Position numbers and translations under genes: made by a program. The notes under the pieces were generated by a model. The model did not search any database, was not told the origin of the DNA, and saw nothing but the letters and a program-made list of their open reading frames with translations. Below are positions 1 to 10,772 of a stretch of DNA of 64,000 nucleotides, one piece after another (position 1 is the first letter of the stretch; each line of letters starts with the position of its first letter). The stretch comes from Polyangiaceae bacterium (GTDB lineage: Bacteria; Myxococcota_A; Polyangia; Polyangiales; Polyangiaceae): positions 320,001 through 384,000 of the forward strand of contig JBILLK010000002.1 in the NCBI GenBank assembly GCA_044376115.1, read 5' to 3'.

Positions 1-269
1 ATCTTGAAGATCTCCCCGAGCTTCTTGAAGGTCGGGGCGTGTCCAATACCGCGGATATCGACCCACGTAACGCCCTCCTTGTGCACGTGCTCGACACAGT
101 CTTCGATACGCGCGAGCTGGAACTCCTCGACCTCTTCGCGGTCCGGCCCGTAATCCAGCATGTGGATCGTCGGCGCATCCTCGCTATGAATGTGCAGCGT
201 CCCCGGCGGCGCGCCCGGCACTTCGTGCGCCAGATCGAAGGAGCGTCGCGAGGCGGGAGAATGCGGCAC
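1..269 (-). CDS. corA: Magnesium/cobalt transporter CorA, N-terminal part (runs off window edge)
   Basis: Not in ORF track. Manual minus-strand translation gives VPGAPPGTLHIHSEDAPTIHMLDYGPD...EGVTWVDIRGIGHAPTFKKLGEIFKI, matching the CorA N-terminal PG-PPGTL / WxDxxG / LGExFxI pattern. Confidence 0.8.
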   Translation of the reverse strand, partial: MPHSPASRRSFDLAHEVPGAPPGTLHIHSEDAPTIHMLDYGPDREEVEEFQLARIEDCVEHVHKEGVTWVDIRGIGHAPTFKKLGEIFK

Positions 270-310
270 AGGCGCACCTTAGCGAAAGCTCCGGGATCGG
301 CCCAAGTTCG

Positions 311-1537
<1,227 letters not shown>

Positions 1538-1593
1538 TCGCAAAGCAAACTAGCACGTCGCAGGCACAAATATGATACCGGTCATATTTGTAA

Positions 1594-2592
1594 ATGCTGC
1601 GCAAGGGAAGGCTCCTTCGAGTACTGCAGCCGTGCGCCTTGTTGAGCTTGCTGCAGGCGCCCACGCTGGTCCGCGCGCAAGAGCCGGAGCCTGCGGAGCC
1701 TGAGCCGATCGTGCGCAGCTCCGCCGAGCGCTTGTTCGATGAGGCGCTGCGGCTTCAGGATGAGGGCCAGCCGAAGCAGGCCTGCAACGCTTTTCGCGAG
1801 AGCTTCGCGGCGGAGCCCTCGGTGGGGGCGCTCTTCAACGTCGCCGGTTGCAGCCTGCGTGAAGGGCGGATCGTGCAGGCGCGTGCCGAGGTTGGACGGG
1901 TGCTCGAGCTCAACCAGACCACGCCAGACCCTGTGCGACGCGAGCGAATGGACGCAGCTGCGCAGCAACTGGCCGCGGAGATCGACGCGCGCATCGGGCG
2001 GGTGGTTCCACGGGTGGAGCCGGCCAACGTTGGCGCGGTGCTTCGCTTGCGTGACGTCGAGGGGCCTTTGCCCGAGCCGGGCGCACCGCTGAGTTTGGCC
2101 GAAGGGACGTACGTCTTCGAGGCGAGCGCGCCGGGCTTTCTGCCGCTTGCGGTGCCGCTTCGCGTGAAGGGCGGCTCGCAGCAAGAGTTAGTCTTGCGCT
2201 TGCAGCCACCCAAGCTCGAGCCGCCGCCCAACGATGATTGGTTGCGCGCGGCGATCGGCACGGGCTCGGCCGGTGCTGGGCTCGCCATCGTGGGTGCGGT
2301 GTTGCTCGGGCTAGCCGAAGGGAAGGCTCAAAGCCTGCGTGCGGAGTGCGGGCCCAACGTGGCTCCACCGAGTTGCCCTGCAGGCTCGGCCCTTCGTGCG
2401 CAAGAGCTCTCCGACGCAGGCGCCGCGTTCGAAGCAGGAGGCTTCACGCTGGTGGGCGTTGGGGCTGCGGGCCTTGGCCTGAGTGCGCTGTTTGTCGCGC
2501 TCGATGCGCTCGAGCCGGAGGCCGCTGCGGCCGCGCCGACCGTGAGCGTTGCAAGCGGGGAGGTGCGGTTCTCGTGGCACACCGCATTCTGA
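1594..2592 (+). CDS. Myxobacterial TPR/PEGA-like membrane protein
   Basis: Signal peptide; AERLFDEA...ACNAFRES...GALFNVAGC TPR-like segment; PEGA-like GTYVFEASAPGF; two C-terminal TM helices. Confidence 0.8.
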   Translation: MLRKGRLLRVLQPCALLSLLQAPTLVRAQEPEPAEPEPIVRSSAERLFDEALRLQDEGQPKQACNAFRESFAAEPSVGALFNVAGCSLREGRIVQARAEVGRVLELNQTTPDPVRRERMDAAAQQLAAEIDARIGRVVPRVEPANVGAVLRLRDVEGPLPEPGAPLSLAEGTYVFEASAPGFLPLAVPLRVKGGSQQELVLRLQPPKLEPPPNDDWLRAAIGTGSAGAGLAIVGAVLLGLAEGKAQSLRAECGPNVAPPSCPAGSALRAQELSDAGAAFEAGGFTLVGVGAAGLGLSALFVALDALEPEAAAAAPTVSVASGEVRFSWHTAF

Positions 2593-3650
2593 TCCTGCTC
2601 GGCTTAGCCGCGTGTCACCCCGAGTTCGGCGAGTACGGCTCGGGCGCAAGCGACGCTTCGGGCGATCCGGTGGTGGACCGCGACGGCGAAGGTGGCGCCA
2701 GCGCAGCCGGCGGGCCGAGCGTTGGCGGCGCGGCTGGCGGGCCGTCGAGCGGTGGCTCGTCGAGCGCAGGCGAGGATTGCACGAACGGCCTCGACGACGA
2801 CGACAACGGCCTCAGCGACTGCGCCGATCCAGTCTGCGGCGGCTACGTTTGTGTGCCGGCCCCACCGGCGTTCGAGGGCTGGCGAGGTCCGCTCGATCTG
2901 CACAACGCCGAGCAGGCGGAGTGTTACGCCGGCTGGCAGGCTGAGACGACGGAAGGCGAGCTATTGCTCGCTGCGCCCGACCCGTGCGGCTGCGTTTGTG
3001 CGCCGCCGGCCAACGCAGTTTGCAGCGCCACGCTGAGCTTCGCCGCGGGGGATTGCAACGCCGCAGCGCTCACCGTCGAGGTCCCCGCGAACGGCTGCTT
3101 CGCCTTCGGCGGCAACGCGCAATCGGCGAGCGCGCAGGCCAAGCCGAAGGGCGGAAGTTGCGCGAGCTCGGAGGCGCCCGTCGTGGCGCCGAGCTTTGAA
3201 CCGCGGCTGCTTTGCGCCGCACCCAAGGCCGGCGGCTGCGCGAGCGATGAGGCCTGCGTACGGCCGCCCGGGCCCGCCGTGAGCGAGGCCACCTGCTTCG
3301 CCAAAGACGGTAACCATGAGTGCCCCGCCGCGCCCTACCTCAAGCGCAAACAGCTCTATCGCAGCCCGCCCCAAGACGAGCGGACATGCGAAGGCAGCTG
3401 CTCCTGCAGTAGCCCCAGCGGAGGAAGTTGCGACGGCACCGTTGGGCTTTTCAGCTCCAGCTGCGCCGGCCCAGCCGCGCTTGAGATCGAGCTGCCCAGC
3501 GCCTGCAGCGCCCAGCCCTTCACCAACTTCGCCTTCGTCGGCTACAGCGACGCGAGCGTGGTGAGCCCCGCGAGCTGCGCGCCCACCACGCGCACCACCG
3601 TGGGGGAGATCACCGGGGACGTCGTCACGCTTTGTTGCAGCGAGGAGTGA
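2574..3650 (+). CDS. Cys-rich lipoprotein
   Basis: GTG start overlapping the upstream stop; lipobox LAAC; Gly-rich linker; EDCTNGLDDDDNGLSDCADPVC motif; many paired Cys. Confidence 0.8.
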   Translation: MAHRILILLGLAACHPEFGEYGSGASDASGDPVVDRDGEGGASAAGGPSVGGAAGGPSSGGSSSAGEDCTNGLDDDDNGLSDCADPVCGGYVCVPAPPAFEGWRGPLDLHNAEQAECYAGWQAETTEGELLLAAPDPCGCVCAPPANAVCSATLSFAAGDCNAAALTVEVPANGCFAFGGNAQSASAQAKPKGGSCASSEAPVVAPSFEPRLLCAAPKAGGCASDEACVRPPGPAVSEATCFAKDGNHECPAAPYLKRKQLYRSPPQDERTCEGSCSCSSPSGGSCDGTVGLFSSSCAGPAALEIELPSACSAQPFTNFAFVGYSDASVVSPASCAPTTRTTVGEITGDVVTLCCSEE

Positions 3651-3745
3651 AGGGGAGCTGGGCGGGCGCGCGCGACGGTGGGCCGACGGCTGGCCGCGAG
3701 GTGGCGGGCCGACGGCGGTTCGCGCTCACGCGCAGCGCTGGGCGG

Positions 3746-3957
3746 GCGACATTCGGGCGACCGATGGTTTATCGAGAGGCCGAATGTCGCACCGGGACGC
3801 GCACGGGGCTCCGAGGCTCGAGGAACTGCGGCCGGCCGCGACAACGTGCTCACGAAAAGCCGGGGAGATCGGGCTGTCGGCAACGCGAGTTGGTCACGCC
3901 GCTCATCGCCGAGGGACATTCGGGCGACCGATGAGTTATCGCGCGGCCCAATGTCGC
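3746..3957. repeat. Pair of 45-bp imperfect palindromes (family A), 3746-3790 and 3913-3957
   Basis: G(C/G)GACATTCGGGCGACCGAT-N5-ATCG...AATGTCGC, intergenic, two copies in direct orientation. Confidence 0.9.
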
Positions 3958-4066
3958 TGCTCGTGCAGCCCAAGGTTGCTCCAAGCCGTCGGGGTTGGCG
4001 GAACGAATCTTGGTAAGCCAGGCTCTGAGTTGCTACGCCAAACGAGCTGCGCGATACCATGCGCGA

Positions 4067-5233
4067 ATGTCCGAGCTGTTCCTCGTCTGCGGCGACTTGA
4101 CCTTTCCATCGGGGAAGATCGCGGCGTGGCGCAAGTGCGCCATCGGTGAAGAAGAGGTTGGGCGCCTGCCCCAATACGTGAGCGGCTTGCAGTCGGAGAC
4201 GACGGTGCCGAAATTGCTCAAGTTCCTCGGCCAGATCGCCAAACACGAGCACGTCGAGCTGGAGGTTGGGAAGACAAAGCTGCGGTTGCGCGCGCTCGTT
4301 TCGGATCACACGCTGCACGACTTGGGCGCGCCGCTGGTTGGCGCGTTCCGAGCAGCCGCGCAGCTCGGTGCACAAGGCGAACTGCTGTTGGCGATCGACT
4401 CGACGCCGCCCTCCATCGTGCATCGCTTGCGGCTCGGCCAAGACGAGGCGCTGCTCACGGTGGGCGCACGCGAGGCGAAGACGCTCGCTTCGCACCCGGG
4501 GCTGTGCGAGCTGCGTGCGACGCTCGAGGCGCTAAGCGACGCTGCGCTCGCCGCCGTCGTACCCAGCGCCGCTCCGAAGCGGGTGAAACCTTCGGCGGCG
4601 TCCAAACCTTCGGCGGCGTCCAAGGCGGCGCCAAAACCGGGGGCGCGCCGCTTTGCGCACATTACGCCGGTGCGCCCCGAGCAACCATCACCGGTACCGC
4701 CTCCCGACGCGGACCTAACCTCCCCAATCGAGTCCCTCCGCGACGTCGCGATCATCAAAGCGACCCAAGCCCGCGCGATCAAAGCGCCAAGCGCTTTCTA
4801 CGCCGAAGTCGCAGCGTTGCTCGAGGGAGATGGGCTCTACGACAAGGCCAATGAGCGCGTGGTCCTAGCCCTTTCTACGGTGCTCGGCAGTGCCGGGAAC
4901 TACCCCATGATCCTCGCTGCGTTTCGCGCTGAACCGCTGTGGATGAAGCTGTTTGCGCGCCTCCTGGCGGACGAGCGTGTGCACCCTCATTTCAGAGCCG
5001 GCATGATGAGCGGCCTCGCGCAAGCCGCGGACCCAGCGTACCTACCGCTCATCGTCGAGCACGCCCGCGTCGTCGACACCGAAACCCTCACATTCGTGGT
5101 GCGCGCGTACGGCGCCGTAGCGCTCGACGCCCTTCGCGGCGCCGTCGATGATGACGTGTTCGAGCAGGTCGAAGTCGAGGTTGAAGGCTACCTTGAAGCG
5201 CTCGAGCGTCCGAAGAAGGGCAAGCGGAAGTAG
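4067..5233 (+). CDS. Hypothetical protein (two domains joined by a Pro/Ala/Lys linker)
   Basis: Long ORF with GC-rich codon usage; ATG at 4067 chosen; no family recognised. Confidence 0.7.
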   Translation: MSELFLVCGDLTFPSGKIAAWRKCAIGEEEVGRLPQYVSGLQSETTVPKLLKFLGQIAKHEHVELEVGKTKLRLRALVSDHTLHDLGAPLVGAFRAAAQLGAQGELLLAIDSTPPSIVHRLRLGQDEALLTVGAREAKTLASHPGLCELRATLEALSDAALAAVVPSAAPKRVKPSAASKPSAASKAAPKPGARRFAHITPVRPEQPSPVPPPDADLTSPIESLRDVAIIKATQARAIKAPSAFYAEVAALLEGDGLYDKANERVVLALSTVLGSAGNYPMILAAFRAEPLWMKLFARLLADERVHPHFRAGMMSGLAQAADPAYLPLIVEHARVVDTETLTFVVRAYGAVALDALRGAVDDDVFEQVEVEVEGYLEALERPKKGKRK

Positions 5234-5348
5234 GCCAGCAGGGATGGCGCCGGTCGCAACTGCGGTTGCCCGACGGGCCTCATGCGACCTTGCGCCGGGT
5301 CTCGCCGTGAGAGTGCGCGCTATGTCGCTGAGAAGGGCTCAGTCCTAC

Positions 5349-5559
5349 GTCCCATAACTGCCCGTCGTTCTGGGCGAATCGACGTTATGGGACGGCGCCG
5401 GGAGCCCGGGAAAGCGTGTGCGACCCATAACTGCCCGTCGTTCTGGGCGAACCGACGTTATGGGACAACTAGAGTCGAACGAACGAGATGGCGCGGGCGT
5501 GCACAGGCGCCTACGTCCCATAACTGCCCGTCGTACTGGGCGAGCCGACGTTATGGGAC
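5349..5559. repeat. Three 45-bp palindromic repeats (family B) with unique 28- and 48-bp spacers
   Basis: GTCCCATAACTGCCCGTCGTTCTGGGCGAA(T/C)CGACGTTATGGGAC-like copies at 5349-5393, 5422-5466 and 5515-5559. Confidence 0.9.
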
Positions 5560-5626
5560 GGCGACAGGCTCAGGCGTGTTGCGTCGCATTTGAGCAGCTG
5601 GCGCTCGCCGGTGGTAGAGGCAGGCG

Positions 5627-5785
5627 ATGTCGCTCGACATCTGCGTTCACGCCGTCCACGCGGGCCAGCCCGCCACCCCCAAGGTTTCGCTGGAGGATGA
5701 TGGCTACTACTTGCTGGCCGACCTCCGCACGATGATTGACCACGCAGAGCGTTGCGGTGGCCAAATCGAGTGCATCGGCGACTAG
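5627..5785 (+). CDS. 52-aa small ORF, possibly an internally deleted gene
   Basis: MSLDICVHAVHAGQPATPKVSLEDDGYYLLADLRTMIDHAERCGGQIECIGD; purine-rich GAGG upstream; below the ORF-track cutoff. Confidence 0.45.
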   Translation: MSLDICVHAVHAGQPATPKVSLEDDGYYLLADLRTMIDHAERCGGQIECIGD

Positions 5786-6230
5786 CCGCCGTGGTGGTGC
5801 CCAGCGTGCTGTCGCTGTTCGGCGTTTTTCGGGAAAGCGCGATCGCCTACACGATGGGGCTCGAGCTCACGCGGTTGGTCGCACCGCGTGTGGTCCTAGA
5901 GCTACCGGGCAACGAGATCGACGTCGCGAGGGACAACCAGACCGTCGCGACCGGGGTGAAGCGAGGCGAGTTGCAGGATCATCGGGGACATCGTGGCATC
6001 GCGTCCTCGACCGCAAAGAGCTCGTCGTGAGCGCGACGATTCGTTGGCTCGCTGAAGCGGGAAAGCTCCATGGTTGCTCTGCTCAGCGAAGAGCTCGCAT
6101 CGCTCGGGGCTCAACGACGCGCAGCTGTCGAGGCCTCACCCCAACGTGCCGACGCCGAGAATTAGCTCGACCTGCTCGTGGCGCGACGTTGGGAAAGACG
6201 CTTACCAATCGCCGGTGCTATCGTTGCCCT

Positions 6231-6488
6231 GTGTCCACACGTCCGGCTGACACAAGCGAAGCGGCTTGGAAGATCATGGAGGCGGGGATCGCCGCGATGA
6301 CTCCGGAGCAACGTGTACAGCGCGTCGTTTCGCTGACGGTGCTCTCACACGCCTTCGCGCTCGCGGCCATTCGGGCGAATCACCCTGAGGAGAATGAACG
6401 TGAACACCGACTTCGGCTCGCGGCGCGCACCATCGACGCTGCGACCATGAAAGCCGCGTTCGGATGGCCCTATGACCGACGCGAGTGA
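6231..6488 (+). CDS. Small helical protein, putative partner/antitoxin of downstream nucleotidyltransferase
   Basis: RPADTSEAAWKI...MTPEQRV...RLRLAAR pattern, recalled from small genes upstream of these NTases; overlaps the start of the next gene. Confidence 0.7.
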   Translation: MSTRPADTSEAAWKIMEAGIAAMTPEQRVQRVVSLTVLSHAFALAAIRANHPEENEREHRLRLAARTIDAATMKAAFGWPYDRRE

Positions 6489-7050
6489 ACTCGTGGCAGC
6501 GCTGCGGTCGATCGCGTCAGCGTTCGAGTCGCTCGCTGTGCCTTGGGCGATCGGCGGCTCCGTCGCCAGCAGTGCATACGGTGAACCACGGATGACCAAC
6601 GACGTGGATGTCATCGCCCTGCTTGATGTCGACTCCGCGCGCCTTCTGGGTGGCCTACTGGGTGAGGACTTCTACGCAGATCCCGACGTAGCGGTCGAAG
6701 CCGTCCGGGTCCGCGGCAGCTTCAACGTCATCGACACAAGGAGCCTGCTCAAGATCGACGTGTTCGTGCCCAGCCCTGGGCCGCTCGGAGTAGGGCAGCT
6801 AACCCGGCGCCGCACGCTGCAGGTGTTGCCTGGTCTACCAGCGATACCGGTCCTGAGCCCTGAGGACGTCGTGCTCCAGAAGCTTCGTTGGTTTCAGCTT
6901 GGCGGCGAGACGTCCGACCGCCAATGGCGCGACCTGGTGGCTGTGCTCGCACAGCAGCGACAGACGCTCGACCTCGCCTATATGCACGACGTCGCCAGCG
7001 GAAGCTTGGCGGGGTTGCTAGCGCGTGCGCTCGTGGATGCATCGACCTGA
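6472..7050 (+). CDS. Pol-beta superfamily nucleotidyltransferase (DUF6036/AbiEii-like)
   Basis: IGGSVASSAYGEPRMTNDVDV (GG/GS + DxD) and SPEDVVLQKL...SDRQWRD motifs. Confidence 0.8.
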   Translation: MTDASELVAALRSIASAFESLAVPWAIGGSVASSAYGEPRMTNDVDVIALLDVDSARLLGGLLGEDFYADPDVAVEAVRVRGSFNVIDTRSLLKIDVFVPSPGPLGVGQLTRRRTLQVLPGLPAIPVLSPEDVVLQKLRWFQLGGETSDRQWRDLVAVLAQQRQTLDLAYMHDVASGSLAGLLARALVDAST

Positions 7051-7145
7051 AGCCCGAGACGAGGGTGGCATGAGAGGCAGGGGAATTGCGAGAGCGGGCA
7101 GCCCGCTGGCTTCCCGCCAGATAGCTTTCTCGCTAGGCTCGAGCG

Positions 7146-8921
7146 ATGCAGCACCGCACGCTCTTCTTCGCTCTTAGCCTCGGCCTCGCTCAACTGCACT
7201 GCGGCGACGGCGATGAGCCGGTGTGCGTACCCGGCGCGCAGATCGAGTGCGCCTGCCCGGGGGGCGCTCCAGGGATTCAGGTGTGCGAGCCTGACGGTCT
7301 CGCGCTGGGTGCGTGCGAATGTGGCGAGGGTGGCGGCGGTGCTGGACCGAGCACCGGGGGCGGGGGAGACGGCGGAGCTGGTGCGAACGCTGGTGCAGGC
7401 CCGGGCGGAGGCGGCAATGGAGGCAGCGGACCGTGCGCGCCGGGAGCCGAAGAGGCCTGCTACCAAGGTCCAGCGAATACGCAAGGCGTCGGCATCTGCC
7501 AGGCCGGAACCCGGCTCTGCGACGTGACGGGATCGTGGGGCGAGTGCATGGGCCAGCTGCTTCCGCTCCCCGAGGATTGCCAGACAGAGGCCGACGAAAA
7601 CTGCGATGGTGGTGCGCCCGCATGTGGAGCCGGCTTCGTGAAGACCCTCGGCGCCACCACGACCGTCCACGCGCTCGCCATCGATCAAGACGGCAACGTG
7701 TTCATCCTCGGCCACTTCGACGGCACGGTCGACTTTGGTGGAGGCAACACGCTCACCGATATCGGCCCGTACGATACCTACCTCGCCAAGCTCGATGCGA
7801 ACGGCAACCACCTCTGGAGCCACGCCTTTGGTGATCCCATCGGTAACGCCTTCGCGAGCGACCAGGGCGCGCTTGCGGTCGACTCCACAGGCGCCGTGTA
7901 CGCCGCGATGGGGTTCATCGGGGACGTCAACGTCTTTGGCGACATCATCGAGTCGGAAGGTGAAATGGACGGGCTACTCGTGAAGGTCGCCGCCGACGGC
8001 ACGCCCGTGCGCGCCAACCACTTTGGCTCCGCCGCGATTGAGTATGTCGAGTCGATCACGGTCGATGCCGACGACAACCTGATCTTCACGATGGCCCACT
8101 CGGCGCCGATCTACTTCGGCGGTGCGGACGTCCTCAATAGCGGACGTGCGCTCGTGAAGTACGACCCCGACGGAAGCCACATCTTCAGCCGGACCACCTT
8201 GAACCTTGCGGGTGGCTTCGCGCGCGTCATCACCGACCCGGTCACGAACGCGATCTTGCTCGGTTGTCAGTACGATCAGACGGTGGATCTCGGGCTCGGT
8301 CCGCTCAACCCCGCCGTCGACGGCCGCACCTTCTTTGGCTTCTTCGATCCCCTCGATGGCAGCGCCGTCTCCTACGGGGCCACCGGAGGTACGGTGACGA
8401 TCACGAACAACGACACCTTGATCGCGCCCAACGGCGACATCGTGATCGCCGGCTATGCCGGGACCCCAGCGGTGTTGGACTTTGGCCAGCCGAACCCGGC
8501 GGCAGATCAAGCCTACGTGGCGCGGCTCACGCCCGACCTCCAGCCTGTGTTCGTGCGTACCTTCACGGCGACGGGCCAGCTTGCGAGTGTGACCTTCGTC
8601 GCGCTCGGCCTCGACTCGGTGGGCGACGCAAAGGTCTTCGGCACCGTTAACGGCGCCTCTCCAGCATCGGCGCAGATCGGGGCGACGACGGTCACCGACG
8701 CGTCCTTCTCCTTCGACGTCGACGCCCAGGGAACCATCTCCAACGTCGACGTCATCGGGCCACCGAGCAGCGTGATCACAATCGCCCTCGAGCGCGCACC
8801 GGACGGCGTCATGATCGCCGGCGGGTTCTTCTTCGGCGGCACCTTCGAGATCGGTGGGCAGACCTTGTCTGGACCGGTTGGCACCGACCAAGGCTTCGTC
8901 GTGCGCATGGCGCCGAATTGA
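7146..8921 (+). CDS. Lipoprotein with Cys-rich domain and SBBP-like beta-propeller repeats
   Basis: Lipobox QLHC; CYQGPANTQGVGICQAG motif; repeats LAIDQDGNVFILGHFDGTVDFGG and YLAKLDANGNHLWS. Confidence 0.85.
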   Translation: MQHRTLFFALSLGLAQLHCGDGDEPVCVPGAQIECACPGGAPGIQVCEPDGLALGACECGEGGGGAGPSTGGGGDGGAGANAGAGPGGGGNGGSGPCAPGAEEACYQGPANTQGVGICQAGTRLCDVTGSWGECMGQLLPLPEDCQTEADENCDGGAPACGAGFVKTLGATTTVHALAIDQDGNVFILGHFDGTVDFGGGNTLTDIGPYDTYLAKLDANGNHLWSHAFGDPIGNAFASDQGALAVDSTGAVYAAMGFIGDVNVFGDIIESEGEMDGLLVKVAADGTPVRANHFGSAAIEYVESITVDADDNLIFTMAHSAPIYFGGADVLNSGRALVKYDPDGSHIFSRTTLNLAGGFARVITDPVTNAILLGCQYDQTVDLGLGPLNPAVDGRTFFGFFDPLDGSAVSYGATGGTVTITNNDTLIAPNGDIVIAGYAGTPAVLDFGQPNPAADQAYVARLTPDLQPVFVRTFTATGQLASVTFVALGLDSVGDAKVFGTVNGASPASAQIGATTVTDASFSFDVDAQGTISNVDVIGPPSSVITIALERAPDGVMIAGGFFFGGTFEIGGQTLSGPVGTDQGFVVRMAPN

Positions 8922-9074
8922 GTGAGGAGGGAAGGGTAGTGGGTCACCCCTCGCGAGGCGTCAGGCCGCCAGCTCGACAGAGGACGGGCAAGTCACTACG
9001 GACGACCAGCGAAGGGACTTGGCGCAGGGAAGAATTGGTCCTGGGCCAGCCGCCGCGCTAGCTTCGACCCAAGC

Positions 9075-9977
9075 ATGATGATCGAGCGGCTGGCGGTGAG
9101 AAACTTCTATTGCGTGAAGGACGCGACGCTCACGCTGTCCCCGCTGCATGCGTTGATTGGGCCGAACGACACAGGCAAGACCACGTTGCTGAAGGCGGCG
9201 TCTCTCATTTTCGAGCGCCCAGGAACGCAGGTGACACCAGGAAAGCTTGACGTCTACGCCGAGTTCGCCGGCGGCGGAGTGGTCCGCCGACAAGAGCAAA
9301 GGCGCGAGAATTCTGCAGAGATCGACCTCGAGTCATTGCGCGCACGCTATGTGCGGCTGCAACCAAACGCGCTCCGCCAGCCGAGTGGTCTAGTTCCCGA
9401 TGACGACCTGGTCAGCTTCTCTGAAGGGCTTGGCTTACCGGGCGTGTTGACCTCAATCCAGTGGCGCAATCCCACGGCCTTCGCCGACCTGCGTAAGCGC
9501 ATGCTGACGCAGTTTCCGTCGCTCGCAGAGTTGTCGGTCGGCGCACGGACCACCACCGAAGTCGAGCTCCGCGCCGTCCTCAAGTCGGGAGCCAACGTAA
9601 CCGCGGCGGGATTGAGTGACGGAATCCTCTACTACCTCGCCTATCTCTGCCTCCAGCATCTCGCCAAGACCGACATCCTGCTCATCGAGGAACCTGAAAA
9701 CGGGCTGCATCCCTCTCGCATCAAAGACGTCGTGGGCGTGCTGCGGACGATCAGCGAGAGTGGCACGCAAGTCGTCATGGCGACGCATAGCCCACTCGTA
9801 ATCAACGAGCTTGAGACCGACGAGGTCACCCTCATCACGCGAACGGAGGAGCGTGGCACCATCGCAACGCCGATGAGGCAGACCCGCAACTTCGAGGAGC
9901 GATCGAAGGCCTATTCGCTCGGCGAACTCTGGCTCTCGTACGCTGACGGCAACACCGAGACAGAGCTTGTCCCGTGA
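9075..9977 (+). CDS. ABC-type ATPase of the AAA_15/AAA_21 (OLD/PARIS-like) class
   Basis: MIERLAVRNF start, Walker A GPNDTGKT, signature LSDG, Walker B LLIEEPENGLHP, H-loop ATHSP, C-terminal LGELW. Confidence 0.9.
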   Translation: MMIERLAVRNFYCVKDATLTLSPLHALIGPNDTGKTTLLKAASLIFERPGTQVTPGKLDVYAEFAGGGVVRRQEQRRENSAEIDLESLRARYVRLQPNALRQPSGLVPDDDLVSFSEGLGLPGVLTSIQWRNPTAFADLRKRMLTQFPSLAELSVGARTTTEVELRAVLKSGANVTAAGLSDGILYYLAYLCLQHLAKTDILLIEEPENGLHPSRIKDVVGVLRTISESGTQVVMATHSPLVINELETDEVTLITRTEERGTIATPMRQTRNFEERSKAYSLGELWLSYADGNTETELVP

Positions 9978-10567
9978 GGGTCTTCGTGGCCGGTGAAGGC
10001 AGCGACGAGCTGGGTGGGTGGTGCGCTGAACCAGCGTATCGAGACACCTCACGGCACGGCTTGGTCGAGACACTCGTGCGGAAGCTAGCGCCGGAGGCCG
10101 ATATCGAGATCGTTGGGGCGGTCCAGTGGAGCAAGGTGTCGAAGTATCGCGCGGGCGGTTTTCGGACGGCGGAAGAGCGCAACGTCCTCGGAATGGCGCT
10201 GCGCGCGCGGGAGGCCAACGCTGACGTCGTAGTGTTCGTGCGTGATCGCGATCGTGATGCTCAGCGCGAGAGGGATATCGAGCAGGGAATCGAGCTCGCG
10301 TCCGCCGCCTACGGTCACGCCCTTCGAATCGCTGGCGGCGTTGCGATCGAGGAGATCGAATCGTGGTTGCTCTCACTCTTGGGTGACGCCGGTGCCGAAT
10401 CGCTGCGCAACCCGAAGGAGAAGCTCGCGGACAAGCACAACGTCTCGACCCTCGAGACGAAGCGAGGTGTTGTCGAAGCCCGTGACCTCAACGTGGTCCC
10501 GCAAAATGCAGCCTCATTCGTAAAGTGGCGCCACCGGGTGCGAGCGTCGCTCGAGTCGCGTTCTTAG
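9974..10567 (+). CDS. TOPRIM-like protein (DUF4276/RloB-like), partner of ATPase
   Basis: GTGA start/stop overlap with the ATPase; VFVAGEGxDE, VVVFVRDRD and IEEIESWLL motifs. Confidence 0.7.
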   Translation: MRVFVAGEGSDELGGWCAEPAYRDTSRHGLVETLVRKLAPEADIEIVGAVQWSKVSKYRAGGFRTAEERNVLGMALRAREANADVVVFVRDRDRDAQRERDIEQGIELASAAYGHALRIAGGVAIEEIESWLLSLLGDAGAESLRNPKEKLADKHNVSTLETKRGVVEARDLNVVPQNAASFVKWRHRVRASLESRS

Positions 10568-10772
10568 GCAGGTCATTGGGCGATAGCTCCGTCGGAAGGA
10601 TGCTCGCCTCCGCAAAGAACCTCACGGCGCATTCGCGATCTTCGCATACACCTCGAGGCGGCCTTCGTTCCAGAACGAGTAGTCCTGCGTTCCCCAGCCT
10701 CCGCGGGCTGCTCACACGGCTTTCGTTGCGTGAACGCTCGCTGTACTATTTGCGTACTTCTTGGAGGGACTT

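Noticed and set aside
5349..5559. CRISPR array
   Set aside because: Only three repeats, irregular spacers (28 and 48 bp), no leader and no cas genes.
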